Origin: Octopus vulgaris
Taxonomy: Eukaryota
Length of the DNA: 64,000 bases
Assembly (NCBI GenBank): GCA_951406725.2
Contig: OX597815.1
Location: 37,324,001 to 37,388,000 of the forward strand
Reading direction: 5' to 3'
Positions 25,107 to 38,378 of this stretch are shown here, one piece after another. Position numbers and translations under genes: made by a program. The notes beneath the pieces were generated by a model. It made no database searches. It saw only the letters and a program-made list of their open reading frames with translations, and was not told the DNA's origin. Position 1 is the first letter of the stretch, and each line of letters begins with the position of its first letter.

Positions 25107-25493
25107 GGATAAACCTTACTTGCTTTCCCCTTTACACCATATATCATAACACTGTGATACACGATCCCTATTGATCGTTCTTTTTTTTTTCTTTTTTTTT
25201 CCTCTTCCCCTTTTTTCCCCTTTTTTCTTCTTTTTTCATTTCTCTTTCCTTTTGTTCCTTTTCCTTTTCTTTTTTTTTCTTTTTATTCTTTTTATTTTAT
25301 TCAATTTTTTTTTCTTTTTTTTTCTCTTTTTTGTTTTTGTTCTTTTCTTCCCTTTTACGATCCCTCTTGATCGAAAACCTACGCCACCCCCTTTTTTTTC
25401 TTTTGTTTTTTGTTCTCTTCATCCCCCAAAAGAAAAGCTCTACCTTGTAACTTGTCCCATCTGTGTGCAGCCCTGTGTGGCCAATAAAGAAAC
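25107..25493 (+). mobile_element. 3' UTR of an L1/Tx1-like LINE inserted in (TCTA)n
   Basis: Long pyrimidine tract, then CTTGTCCCATCTGTGTGCAGCCCTGTGTGGCCAATAAAGAAA, homologous to tails at ~31240-31280, 57355-57400 and SINE B; (CTAT)n on both sides. Confidence 0.65.
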
Positions 25494-26019
25494 TTATCTA
25501 TCTATCTACCTGTCTGTATGTCTGCTTGTCTGTCTGTCTACGTGTATGTAGTTTGTTTTCTATCTATCTATTGCTCGATCTATCGATGGATATACACATA
25601 CGTACATATACATACGTCTCTCTCTATATTTATCCCTGTATCTGTCGTTGTCTCCCCATCTCTCTCTCTCTCTCTCTCTCTTTCTTTCTCTTTCTATCTT
25701 CCTCTCTCTCTCTCTCTGTATCTATCTATCTACCTACGTAACTAACTAATGTAATATGTGTATGGTATTCAGGTTAAATATGACAATTTTTCCTTAAATT
25801 TTTTCAGGAATAGCTTGGTACATTGGTCAACAATGAACGACGTCGATGAGCATAGAAATTTACGCTCTAGTTGAGGGAAAGTTAGCTGACATGGAGGACT
25901 GGAAGCTTTCTGAATACAGGAAAAGAGTAACTTGTGCCATGTTGATCCCTGGCGGGTATCAAAATGCCAACATCTGACTGCGTCTGCACGCTGGTGTTTA
26001 TCCAACATCCGATAAACAA

Positions 26020-26195
26020 GACGCCAAGCTCAATTCAGACGGTCCAATGAAGCTCCTGGAGACTGTGGTCAAAGCATTGCTGGAGAGGCCATACGTATAG
26101 CAGCAGGGTTCAGTTCCTTGCCATATCTTCAGAAAGAGCGAGATGAGTATGTCGGAGAATTTCTACAACTTCATGAGCCCCAATTTCTGGCCTAT
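26020..26195 (+). pseudogene. Tc1/maT transposase catalytic fragment
   Basis: MKLLETVVK...RPYV*QQGSVPCHIFRKS...MSENFYNFMSPNFWP, the QQDSAPCH...WPPxSPD region. Confidence 0.65.
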
Positions 26196-26740
26196 TAGAG
26201 CAGTAATATATTTGATTGTAATGGTCGGTCACTGAATGGCCATTGGCTTTGCACCTATAAAGTTCTTTGCTGTATAGTCAACCCATCAGACTCAAGTAAC
26301 TGTGATTATGTGCCTACGGCCATGTGAATCTGGTTAGGCGCTTACATAATATAATATGTAATTGTAAGGTCTAAGAATCTATGTGTAGGGAGCTAGTAAG
26401 CTTCGACCAGTCCATATTAGTTATAAAAAACAACTTTCAGGAACAATAGTTTTGGCATAGGTTTTCCATATCGAAGTTCGATAAGCTGCAAAAAGTTATT
26501 TCATAGTTCACAATTAGCATTTAAGGTTGATATAAATGTGAATAAAATTTCAAATCACTTCTCCTATGAGTTAACTTTGGATTCCTTGACGACAATGTAA
26601 CCTTTATTTAACTAAGTTATAATCGTCCTGATGAATAGATAGTAGAGTACCACTCGTTGAGTAATTACTATTTCCGAGGTTTTACGAGTTAGGAAAGATA
26701 TGTATGGCTTACATTTTACCTGCTCCATTCCCTCAATTTT

Positions 26741-26774
<34 letters not shown>

Positions 26775-26789
26775 ATAATTGACAGACTG

Positions 26790-27367
26790 TATACTCACAA
26801 ACGTAACAGAAGTAAATAGACACCCCATAAAACATCGTTTTACGTTTATTCTAACTTGCAAAGGTTTATATTTTTTATCATTTGACATTTTTATGTTTCA
26901 TGTTCTATATCTGACTGTTTTATCATGCCATGCAGTAAACAGGCCTTGGAACTGTCTGAATTTCAAAGAGGCCATATTGTAGGTCATTCTGAAGGTATTT
27001 TTAGCGCAAAATTTCAGAAAACGTTGGGACCTGCTTTCTACAATTAATAGAGTGATTGTGCACTAGAGAGAGGAAAGAATTCACATCACCTCGCCCATGT
27101 TGACCAGGGCCCTCTGACAGGACCCTTTCTTTGTTAAGAGAAGTGTGGAGGATAATCCTCGTTGCAAGGCCTCTGATATAGCAGGACAAGTTAGTATCAG
27201 TCACAGAACAGCTATCAGGTATCTCCACGAACTTGATTACTATGACAGAGCAAAAAGGAAGCCACTTCTTCGACCAACCAATATAAAACGGCGAAAAGAT
27301 TGGGCCAGTGAGATGGTGGAGAGGGCACTAGCATCCAGTGTGTCCAGATTTGCTGTATTTTCTGACA
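26790..27367 (+). pseudogene. Tc1-like transposon 5' part with N-terminal transposase
   Basis: MPCSKQALELSEFQRGHIVG (26926), then EDNPRCKASDIAGQVSISHRTAIRYLHELDYYDRAKRKPLLRPTNIKRRKDWA; truncated at the microsatellite. Confidence 0.85.
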
Positions 27368-27430
27368 TAAATATATGTATATATATATTTGCCTGAGTAC
27401 ATTTACATATATATAAGCGCATATATCTGT

Positions 27431-27562
<132 letters not shown>

Positions 27563-30500
27563 TCCATACACATAATGAAGTACATTGAATATGAATAATC
27601 GTTTATTTGTGCCATTTTAGTTGGAGGTGAGCTATTCGTAAATAAGGAATAACCGATAAATATGTTTACATGTTTTTTGTAAAGTTGTTTGCATGAAAAT
27701 ATAGAGAGTCAAGTTTAAATCGATAACAAATATTAAACGTTAGTGATAGCCTTGAGGCCCTTATTTGCTATTGGTTTTTATATTGGTTTTGAAGCATTGT
27801 TTTATGTACCGAAATATAAAACCGACATAAAACATATTTTAAAGTAAAATCTTACCAAAATATGTTTAAAAGTGTAAAATATTAGCACACACAGTTATGT
27901 TTTTGCCTTTATATGCTCAAAATATATTGTGAAAACATGGTGTCGGTTTACAAATGATATTGTCTTTGAAATATTCCTATCTGCTGTTGTTTCTTAATGT
28001 TTCTTGTAGAAAATTTATTTGCCACCTTATTTATTATTACATAGACTGTTTTCATGATTAATCGCATTTAATTACCGTGATCTCATCATTAGAGCTGAAT
28101 TGTCATTGAAAATATTTAAGGTATATATGCGGATTTTATATTTAGAGAGAATTGGTAAAATCGGTGCTGTTGTTCTTAGATTCACTAAGACGTTCAACTG
28201 CGTCTAGCTTGCGATTGCCCTATCAAAATTGCCTGACTATGAGTTCCACCTGTCTTTGGAGTTGTGGCTTCTTATGAGTCGAGAGAAATAAGATATTTAA
28301 TGTTTCACAACGAAAACCACAAAAGGAAAAACAGTAGCTTAAAGTTATCATAGGCTTCTCATAATGCTTATTTGTGAATAAATATTGATTTGATTTGTTC
28401 ACGGTGCTCTTCTACACATACCATGCAAATTATTTGAATCATTACAGCTAAGTTCTGAAACTAACCTTTTAGCCGAAAACTGATGAAAGTTGACAGTGGA
28501 ATTTGAGCTGAGAATGTAAGCGCGCATTACTAAATATCACAAGGCATTTTGACTGTCACTCTATTGTTTCCCCTAATCCACGCCATGCTACTAATAGTAA
28601 TAATGTCACTGCACAACTTTTGTCGCTCGACTTACTAGACATGAAAAATTATGAGCCAAGGGTCATTCTATATTGTACAATGCTGGGAAAAATAGTAGGT
28701 TGATAACGGCTGGAACGTGTTCAAAGTCGATTCTTACTCAATCCCAGCTGACTTTATACAAACAACACCATCGAAAGATAACACTGAACAGCACGTGGAT
28801 CAATAAATTCTAATAAATTATGCTTTAATATCTTGCTCCTTATATTTTGGGAGTGAGTTCGAATTTACCTAAATCAATATGGCTGTGGAGTGCATTCGAC
28901 TGCATTTCTAACTAAAGACAAAACAAATAGAAATATATTCAAAAATGTTTTCTTATTTACTTAGCGTAACTAATATCAACATATTTACAGAATTCTAAAA
29001 TTTTGATAAATCGATGAAAATACATTTCGAATATTCTCTTTTGTATCCTACAAGTGCCATCTATTTTTTTAAAAACACAATGAATGCTTTTCTGCCGTAG
29101 GGTACAAAAGAAATAATTGAAATGGATTTATACTTGATCTCAACACACGAGTTGTGCAAATTATATAGGACAATCTAATACATTATGAACGCCGAAATCT
29201 AAAGATATATTGAAACCAGTTGCCAAGTGTAATCATCTCCCTTTAACTGTATGAAATTTGTGATCAAACCCACTACAGTATCATCAACAATATCGTAAAC
29301 ACAGAAAGTACGTTATTCCCAAGACGCAATATCTTTTGACGGCATAAGTGAGTTTTACTCAAGATTACACTCTAATTTGTTTTCAAATTTTTCTTAATAT
29401 ATGTGAATTTGTTTGTTGTTAAAGTTGTTATTTAGTTTCATTTGGTCCTGATTGTATAGTCCTTCAATCATAGTAGTTCCAGTCGTGGTTATCCAGTACC
29501 ATTGTATATAAGAGACTACATTTTCCACTGTACCCTTATTTCTTTCTTTAAGACGGTATGATGTGATTTAAAGGAGATTTAGCAGCTGTTTACAACATAT
29601 CTTTTATTCAGATGAATGCACGTAGATAACGGGTTTAGGAATGCTGTATGGATCAATCTAAATGCACATATATACCCGAGAAATATAACTAACTAGCTTT
29701 AAACAGTTACCATTATTTAACGTAAAGCTAGAATTGAAGATTGGGTTACATGTTTTAAGATAGAACAAGTTAATATCTTCTTATTTTCAAGATTCTATTT
29801 AGAATTTGTCGCGAACACATCCAAAATTTTCTTAAACGTTTGGAGAGGTAAATTTGTTGGTTGTAAAGAATATTTATTGATTTTCATCTCCAACTGAGAT
29901 GTATTAAAATCTATACAAAGATCTTAATTTATCAGCCGTTATTGTAAATTTGACAGTATATTCCTGGTTTCAATTACGTAATTTTCCATATATGATGATT
30001 TGATCTAAAATGACATTGAAATTAAAAGCATTAGAAAAAGAATACATCAGCTGAAATAGTTCCGGTAGATATTTATCTATAATAATAAGACAACCTGCTA
30101 ATTAAAAATATTATTCATATTCTGTGTTTCAATGTGGTTTCCCCAAAAAATGTGATAATGAAAGGATGCACGCAGGCCTATTCATATCAATAATTCCTAG
30201 TAGTAATCAGGTTACCGAGAATTTCATTTGGTTATGACTTTAGTAGTTGTCCTTTGTTTATTCATAAACACGAAATTAGAACATGGTAGGTAAAAAGTTG
30301 TTTTAAGTCAGGTTGGAAGAAATAGGCTAGTATGTTAGGTTTTACTATGAAATGGATGCATGCAGATTAAATAAGAGCATATTCATTTGAAAGCATTATT
30401 CGCCAGACTTCATATCTGCTATTTTCCTAATTCCTTACTGGATATTTTACAAGAGTTAAATTTTCATCTCGACATGGAAAGAACGAAATGAATGCATGGT

Positions 30501-30729
30501 AATTTCCAGCTGTGTATTGCATCTGATGCTAAAAAACTTGTATTTAATCTAGAAACGAGTGGAAGGATTTAATCAAAACGTTGTAATTTAAATTGAAATA
30601 AAACTTTAAAAATTATTTTTGAAATAAGAAATATTTGATTTAAAGATTTATTGTTCCACTTTCTCTTCTGCAAATGTTGTACTCTGCCAGGATTAAAATG
30701 GTTAACTTTTTAAAAATATTTCATTGCTC

Positions 30730-31280
30730 CATCCTCTCCCTAAAAACAGCAAACCTCTCCACATCCCTCCAAAACCAAGAAGAGCACATACACACAAGAA
30801 CCCCCAAACTTCCCCTCCCTTGGCCGAGGAAAAAATAATTATGGAGTGCTGTATGACAAGTCAAATGAGGAACTCGTCAAAGAATTGAGCACTTGGGAAG
30901 ACACGGTTACAGTGGGTTCAAAAGCGTATACCAATATACAAGGGTGCTATAGTTGCTTGCTGGTGACCCAGGAGCAATTAGCAAAAGTAATGGAATACAA
31001 GGATGGATTTAAATATTAGAAGATAAAAATGGATATAAGTGAGCTTCCAGATTACATACATTACGGAATACAAAACTAACATTGTTGCTGGAACTCAGAT
31101 AGAAGTAAAGTATAAATAAAGCCGCTCGTAGATGGGGGTGAAAAGCTTCAATACATTTTTCATTTTTTCATTTTTCATCTCATCTTGCTGTCATACAGTT
31201 TTCGATTTTTTCCCTTTGTTTTTGTCCCCATATATTTTGTATTGTCCCCTCTATGTGACTCCTTGTAGGTAATAGAAAAT
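30730..31280 (+). mobile_element. 3' portion of an L1/Tx1-related element (decayed non-RT ORF end plus 3' UTR tail)
   Basis: Pro-rich segment then YGVLYDKSNEELVKELSTWEDTVTVGSKAYTN...PDYIHYGIQN*, T-rich UTR, tail TTGTCCCCTCTATGTGACTCCTTGTAGGTAATAGAAAA. Confidence 0.55.
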
Positions 31281-33057
31281 CCAAGTCTTTTTCATTGCAA
31301 CATTGTGTTTTTTTGGTGGCTGGATTACTTTGGCTGTGTTATTTGAAGGAGAGCTTGATTGCTATCGTTATAGTTGTTTGTTGTCTTTATTGTTGTAAAA
31401 ACTGTTATTGCTTTTTTAAAAGTAATTTGTTGTTAATTCCCCCGCGCAAGGGCGGGGGTTATTAGTTTTGTTACTGTGTTTAAAAAATATTGTTCTGTGC
31501 GGCGTTAAGCCGAAAATTATGAATACTTTTTTCAGGCGTGTGGCCGTATTGTTCCAACATAGAAACCCTGAATACCCTAGAACTGTCACCAAAAAAGAAT
31601 ATTAAAGAATATTAATGAAAACTTTAAAGAAAATGTCAAAGAAAAGTGTGTACCGAGCACATCAACCAGTGAGTCACTTGCAACTATCCGTAGAAATGTA
31701 TCACCGAGAAAACTGGAGGTTGAGTCGGTAAAAGAGAATGGTTCACCATAGAAGCATAGTATTAGAAAGAACATTGAGGTGGCAAATCTAGCCACTGACG
31801 AGTCGACAAGTAGAGCAGAAAAACTGAATTTTGCATCGGTAGATGGCAATAAAGTGAGAAAACTAAATACGGAGGAGTTACACAAATACAAATACATGCT
31901 CACCAAGGAGGGGACGGGAGTCAAAGTAGCCTGTCCGGAAAGCTTAGCTGAAGATGTTATGAAAAGGACAGTGGTATATAAGAGATACCACGTAAAAAGC
32001 AAACAGAAATTGGAAAATGTCCTCAGCCGATGGGGAGAGACATTAATTACCTCACAAGAGGTAAGAGGTTCGTGACTGTAGAAGTCAGAATGGAGTCTCC
32101 AGAAAAGGCAAGGCTCCATTCGGTGGATCCTTTAAGAACAGAAGAGGTGATTCTCCTGCCCATTTGTATGGGGAGGAGAACATCCCGAATAAGAAGTAAC
32201 AATGTGCCACCGGTGGATGATCCAGAGTGGTTGGTGACAGCTGTAATGTTGGACCTAGAGGAGAAAATAACACTGCTAGAAGCAGTGGCGACTGAGAAAA
32301 AAAACTGGCAGGAGCAAAGCGTAAGAATGACGATATAAGCCTTAGAGGAAATTTCTGAGGTATTGCACGTGGTGGAAAGCCGACTGATAGTGATGGTGGA
32401 AGGCCGGAAGCCCACATCAGAGCAGAGTGCAACTCTGCTCAAGAGAAGGAGGAGGTTGTACTGGTAAAAGAAACCACAATGCCTGAGAGCAGCGAAACTG
32501 GAGAAAGCAGTAGCATGACGCCAATAAACAGCAACGAGGAGGAGGGATGGGCAACATCGAGAAAATAAAATAAAACCACCATCCTCAGAAAAACCCGAAA
32601 AATAGAGATTAAAAAAGCTAATAAAAAAACAGCAAAAACAAATAAGAGGAGTATTACGTGGCGGTCGCTTGGCAATTATGTCAAGCAGATTGAAGAGAAA
32701 TGTATAGACAATATTGCGGTATACCGCATAGACCAAAAGAACTATAATATTCTGGCAAACGACTACAGAAATGATGTGAGCACTCTGATGTTGGATTTGT
32801 TGTCTCAAATTTACGAGGGCCTACTTTCTTCAATCCCACGAGACCGGGAAAAAGAAACAGAGAGAGACTCTCCTCCGCCCCCCACCACCAATTACTAGGA
32901 AAGACTTAATGACTATTCACGTTGGTTGTATAAATGTACGTGGCCTAACGTCGAAGCAAGGGCGTTTCCTAAATGACGTTAGGGCACGGAAATTGGATGT
33001 TATTGTTGCAACTGAAGCCTGATTAAAGGGGCCAAGAGATCTGCTCCCGCTCCTTTG
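31281..33057 (+). mobile_element. L1/Tx1-like LINE 5' part: 5' UTR, decayed ORF1, start of ORF2 APE endonuclease; 3' truncated
   Basis: ORF1 pieces 31779-32075 and 32030-32338, ending ...PPPPTTNY* at 32898; ATG at 32909 opens MTIHVGCINVRGLTSKQGRFLNDVRARKLDVIVATE, the APE N-terminal NVRGL...DVI..xE motif. Confidence 0.8.
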
Positions 33058-35361
33058 AATGACCCGATTATCAAATTGAATGACAAACGTACGAAAATAA
33101 CTGCAAAAACCTATATTAAACAGTTTTCTCTTTATAATAGGTTTTCCCCCACCTTGTTCAATCGAAGTCCTACCATATTTGACTCCTGCTGATATCAGAT
33201 CAGTTACTTCTTGATGTCGGATGATCTCGAAGAATCTACTTTGCTCCGTCTTTTATCACATATCTATTAACTTTTATATTTTCCCCCGTCAGTTTGCATC
33301 TGAATGAGAAGAGATGTTTGGCCAACAGCTAAATTTCGCTATAAGTTATCTAGTATCGTAAAGGTGTTTATTAGCTACAATCGAAATTCCAGTACGGTGT
33401 AGAACCTGTTCCTACAGCTAGCTGGCCAGAGATATTTAGAATAAAATGTCTTAAGCGAAAAGAGTGTACATATGCTTATATGGTCTATATCAACATTTTT
33501 AAGTTAACTTAAAACAAGCATCGTTAGATTGCCACTTTCTTAATGTATATTTATTCACCGAAAAGAAATATTAGTTTTAGAATAAGAAAATGTACCAATG
33601 CTATTGAGTGGAATCATTTAACGTTGTTAAAATTTCTATATAAGTGTAATTCATATATGTTTACTGATTCTTTGGTAGTTTAGTTATTAAATGACATTCT
33701 ACATAACCTTTATTGACAATGTCCTCGAATATTTTTGCTTCAGGCACCTAAAATATGGCGCCGTAGTATTTGATTAGCATTTCAACTTGTGGCCATAATG
33801 TTTTGTTATTGTCTAACTTAGAAATTAAGCACAATTTCTCCATTTTAAAAGATGGCAAGAATTTAGTTGAAGAGATAAAAACCACTGCACTAACAACTGT
33901 AGTAGCGATCATAAAGGTCATTCTTTGGCCGCTTTCTTTGTTGCTTAGGCCCGCGTCAAACCTATGTTCAAAAGCATTCTAAGGGTGATCACCAACTCTT
34001 GTTTTCCTGTATGGTATATCAAGAAATACATTATCCAAATTCTCCTTCCCACCTTTTTTATATGATAGTAGGATATGAATTGAGGGAGATTTGACAAATA
34101 TTTCTAGAGACTCAGTGGCAACTCTCTTTCTTATTTGAACGAAAGGGTACGAATTTCCTTGCTGGAATTTGTTGACCTTGTTATTATTGTTGTTTATCCA
34201 GAGGTAAGCTCTCAATGAACTGATTTACAATCAGAAGCAGTCCTGCAAGAGATATCTCGCGCTTATTTCAAACTGTGTCTCTAGGACCATGTTGTTTAAT
34301 GCTTGAACCTCTTTTTCTTTCTTATTATAGGACAGTAGAGTATGATTCGAGGGAAATTTTGCTGCTTTTTACTAAGATTATACTCAGTCGATCAAGTTTC
34401 TTGATGCTTCATATGATTGTCATTCCCTTTATTACTAGCTGCTAATGATAACTACAACGCGTAAAATATCAGGATATTTTCCTTGAAGAAAACATATTTT
34501 ACTTGAATAAAACTGAGTGCATTGGTTAATCCAATATTGATTAATGGTGTCGATTACAAATCTAAAATTATATACAAAATATAACCCTAATCATTAAATA
34601 TGTGAAAATAAAATAGAAAAACACGAGTTTTATAGCATGTCCATATTCTTATCACAATGAAATCTTCAACAAAAATAATAATCTTAGAAAGGACACCATA
34701 CAATAAAAATAAGCGCTTAACACGCAAATTAATTAGAACATCTCAGTTTGAGGAATCATATAATTAAGAGTAAAAGAAAAAAAAAGCTTAAGATTTTAAA
34801 TTACAGATTTTAGATATGTGTTACATATTGTTTGCACTGGTTGCATTGCTTGTGGCAAGGTATTTTATTGCTGCAGTTATCTTCGCTGGTCTTGAAATCT
34901 ATAGAAAATATCTCCCATTGAACAAAATGCTAATTATTGAAAACAATAAACATTTGTTAATTATATAAATTGTTTCGTAGCAATAAACATAGTTATTAAG
35001 GTTTTGTTCGGACCATATGTTACCACCTATTATTTTTACGCCCACGATGTTCCTTTACATTTTTCTGTTGTTTATCATTATTGTTGAACTTCTACTTTGT
35101 TTTCATTTCAGAATATTTTCTGTTACGCGTTTCTTTTCATACAAGAATTTGTATTCAACTGTTTTAAGTCGAGTTCGTTGTGGGGATTATTATGCGTGCA
35201 TGTGATTCTGTGGTGTGTGCGTGTGTGTGTGTGTGTGTGTGTGCGTGTGTGTGTGTGTGTGCGTGTGCGTGTGCGTGTGTGTGTGTGTGATTGTGCTGTG
35301 TGTCAGTGTTTGTGTTTCAGTTTGGTAAATATAACAATTGATATATAAAAAGAGAATATTT

Positions 35362-35778
35362 GGATCTTTTCGGTTTGAACGGCAGTTTTTTCTAGCGGTA
35401 TCATATGAAATTGTCACCCATAATTATGACCCTAGTATCAATCTATTTCATTTCAATCTGTTTTAGAGTTAGGGTTAGGGGTGGGGGGAAGGGTGTCTTT
35501 CTTCACAAATGTAAATAAACCGAATCTGTTTCTTAAACGAGGGAATATTCATACGGCACAGAATTTTTTTTTTTACCTCAATGGAAGTCAGTGATTGGTT
35601 GAAATTGCAGAAATTGAAGAAATAAATAACAACAAATATCTTACAAACTATAGAATTTTCTCAATAAAGCCGAGAGAAAAAGATGTTTTATAAACACATT
35701 CTATCAGAATACGAAGTTTAAAATTTTTTAGTTACCTAGAAATTATGTTAAAAACTGCCGTTCAAACCGAAAAGATCC
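35362..35778. mobile_element. Non-autonomous MITE with 29-bp TIR and 8-bp TSD (Merlin-like)
   Basis: GAATATTT|GGATCTTTTCGGTTTGAACGGCAGTTTTT ... AAAAACTGCCGTTCAAACCGAAAAGATCC|GAATATTT; internal TTAGAGTTAGGGTTAGGGG. Confidence 0.9.
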
Positions 35779-35986
35779 GAATATTTTATATGTAGGAAAT
35801 CATTCTATATTCTTGCATAATATTTGCCGTTTCATTTTCTTGCTTGTATCTACTATTGATGATTTGGTCTTTTTCGACAGGGTCTGTCACCTTCGCCCAG
35901 TAAGGTTTATAAACTCTTCAACTTACATTTTTGCAACATGTTCATTTACTGAAATGAGATACAGAACAGAGTCACACACACACATA

Positions 35987-36026
<40 letters not shown>

Positions 36027-37089
36027 CATGCACATACACACGCACACACACACGCATACACACACACACACCTTAAGATACGAAACAATTTAAATATATA
36101 ACAATCAATCTTAACCACATGAGTTGTGTGAACAAGATGGCTTACTGTGTGATTTATTGGTTGAAACGTAACTTCAGCGTCAATTTTTAAAAGCTTCATA
36201 TTAGTACTGTTAAAAAGTAACCAAAAAAAAAAAAAAGAAAAGCATTCAGATAATCATACATTTGAAAAATTTAGTCACGTAGTGCACTTGCTAACTCGCC
36301 TAGTTCTGATAGAAGCTACATTTTTATACTTGGTTGTACAAATTTATTTCATAAGATAATCCAAATAAGTTTGACAATACTAACAGTACAAAATCTCATT
36401 TATCCCCCGCTTTAAGTCTGAAATTGGCAAAAAAGTGGTAGTTAGATTGTCATATAAAATGCTTTGGTCCGGCTCTTAACATTCTGAGTTCAAATCTATC
36501 CAAGGACAACTTTTACTTTTCGTCTTTTTGAGGATGATAAAATAAACTGCCAGTCAAGTATTGGGGTTGGCTGACCCCTCCTTTCAAATTTCAGGACTTA
36601 TGTCTATGCTAGAAAATGTCATAAAAATAAAATATATAAATTAACATATAAAGTAGCATGTAATGCGGGTAATGGTTTACAGTCTTTGTCGTTTCATTCG
36701 TAGTGTCTGATTTAATTCAAATGTTCGATACATTTAATTTCGCATGCTAATTACGAAGTGTCATTCATTTTTGATACACAGTAATAATAAAAATTACAAA
36801 ACTTCATATGTTGAGACTTGAGCCAACCGAAACACTCTATTATCGATACACCAGTCATCACAGTTTACATGATTATAACTTTGTTTATTATGACTGTATC
36901 GAAACTGAATGTAATCTTCGTAATTAGAATGCTAAATCATATTAGTGAAGAAAATTTGACAAAAACTTGGTCATCGTGAATGAAACAGTAAAGATCCACG
37001 ATCAGTGAAAGTGATATGGATAGTTATGCTTCACTTTATACAAATCTCTATCTATTATATTTTGATAGAGCTGTCTTTTACTAAAATTG

Positions 37090-37305
37090 ATGTTGTTATT
37101 GATTGGCTCCCAGTCATTCCTGAATGAGCAGACGTATGGCCAAAGTCATTCCATCTACGACCATCGCATCTTTTTCAGACATAGCGTACACCGGACAACT
37201 TTATTCAAAGTGTAGCATTTTAGACGGCAAGATATGGCTTGAAAAACATTTGGTTGCTATTTCTAGCTAGTCAAACAACCAGGTGAACTCGCCTTTGTTG
37301 AGTCG
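37090..37305. repeat. Old dispersed ~200-bp repeat (family D)
   Basis: Diverged copies at ~1085-1180, 29425-29630, 34330-34410, 38385-38590 and 43660-43860 share TATGATCAAAGGNATTCC...AAGACGG...GATTTGAGGGAGATTTGGCTGCTATTTCTAGC-like blocks. Confidence 0.65.
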
Positions 37306-37349
37306 AATAAATGTATTGATTTTCTTAACATTATTGCCAAAATTTAACT

Positions 37350-37368
37350 TGTAGCGTACGCTTAGTGA

Positions 37369-37405
<37 letters not shown>

Positions 37406-38122
37406 ATATATAACATAAATACGGACGTAGCAGATAACAGCTAACCTTCGGTCACCTGGACCCTGTTGTGTCCACTACTCTGATTGGTTGGTATTGGCGC
37501 AATTTGTCTCTTCCTCTATTACGCGCCAATATGCAACCCAACCAATCGCAACCTTCTGATAAGGTCCCGTGACACAGTTTTTCTAAAGCTCTGTTTGAGC
37601 CGATAATTTGCTATAAAACTTCAGCGATTCACCGTATTTCGTCTTTGGTACTAGACCTTCTAAGTTCTAACCACTGACCAGAGAGCCAGTTCCAGCGACA
37701 GACAACACCAGCAGCATTTAGGACCTCCATCTCCGTCGCCTTCATCTTAACATCGCGAACAACATCTCTACGTACACCTCAAAATTCACTCAGGTCCAAC
37801 TCCTCACAGTTTGTGAATTATTTTTCACCGTGGTTAACAGAAAGTACAACCTGCGAGATCTTCCTGTATCAAGTAACCGGCTCTGCATTGTAGCCACAAC
37901 TGCTTACACGGCACGTGCTTCAACCGGCTCTGCATTGTAGCCACAACGTCTTGTTACAGTACTTCAACTATTGTGTACCTTACTACGAACTGGTATCTAT
38001 CTTCATTGTGTCTGAACTTCTAGCGTCCTGTTATAGACTCTTTCTATGCTCTGTATTTTATCTCACACGCATAAACACTTGTTTGTACACACATACACTT
38101 TATGTATGCATGGCGGCCTGTC

Positions 38123-38173
<51 letters not shown>

Positions 38174-38378
38174 ATGTAATTATGTCGCACACACAGACAC
38201 ACACATGTTAACATCTCAATAAAACCCTTTCTTTTAACATTCTACGGTTGTGTCGTCTTACTTTTCCTTCTGGCACTCATACTCATTTATCCATTTTTTG
38301 CTTTTATTGTTAGCAACCGTGCGATGTATTAAAGGAGTCATTGATGCGTCACCTCTCCTTTCGCACAGTCGTTCTACA
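37350..38378 (+). mobile_element. Solo LTR (Gypsy-like)
   Basis: AACT|TGTAG ... CTACA|AACT (TG..CA ends, 5-bp terminal IR, 4-bp TSD); CCAAT motifs at ~37485-37545, TATAAAA at 37612, AATAAA at 38218. Confidence 0.8.

Noticed and set aside
32047-32808. 253-aa and 177-aa (31586-32119) minus-strand ORFs
   Set aside because: Antisense shadows of the purine-rich LINE ORF1.
32907-32911. TAATG overlapping stop-start, suggesting SART1-like translational coupling
   Set aside because: The most plausible ORF1 frame ends at TAG 32896-32898; the TAA is in another frame of a decayed copy.
34100-34210. Possible host exon ending in CAGAG|GTAAGC
   Set aside because: A donor-like motif alone is common; no recognisable coding signal or partner exon.
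37254-37268. AGCTAGAAATAGCAA on the - strand, identical to part of the Cas9 sgRNA scaffold
   Set aside because: Only 15 nt, part of multi-copy repeat family D; no CRISPR array or cas gene, so coincidental.
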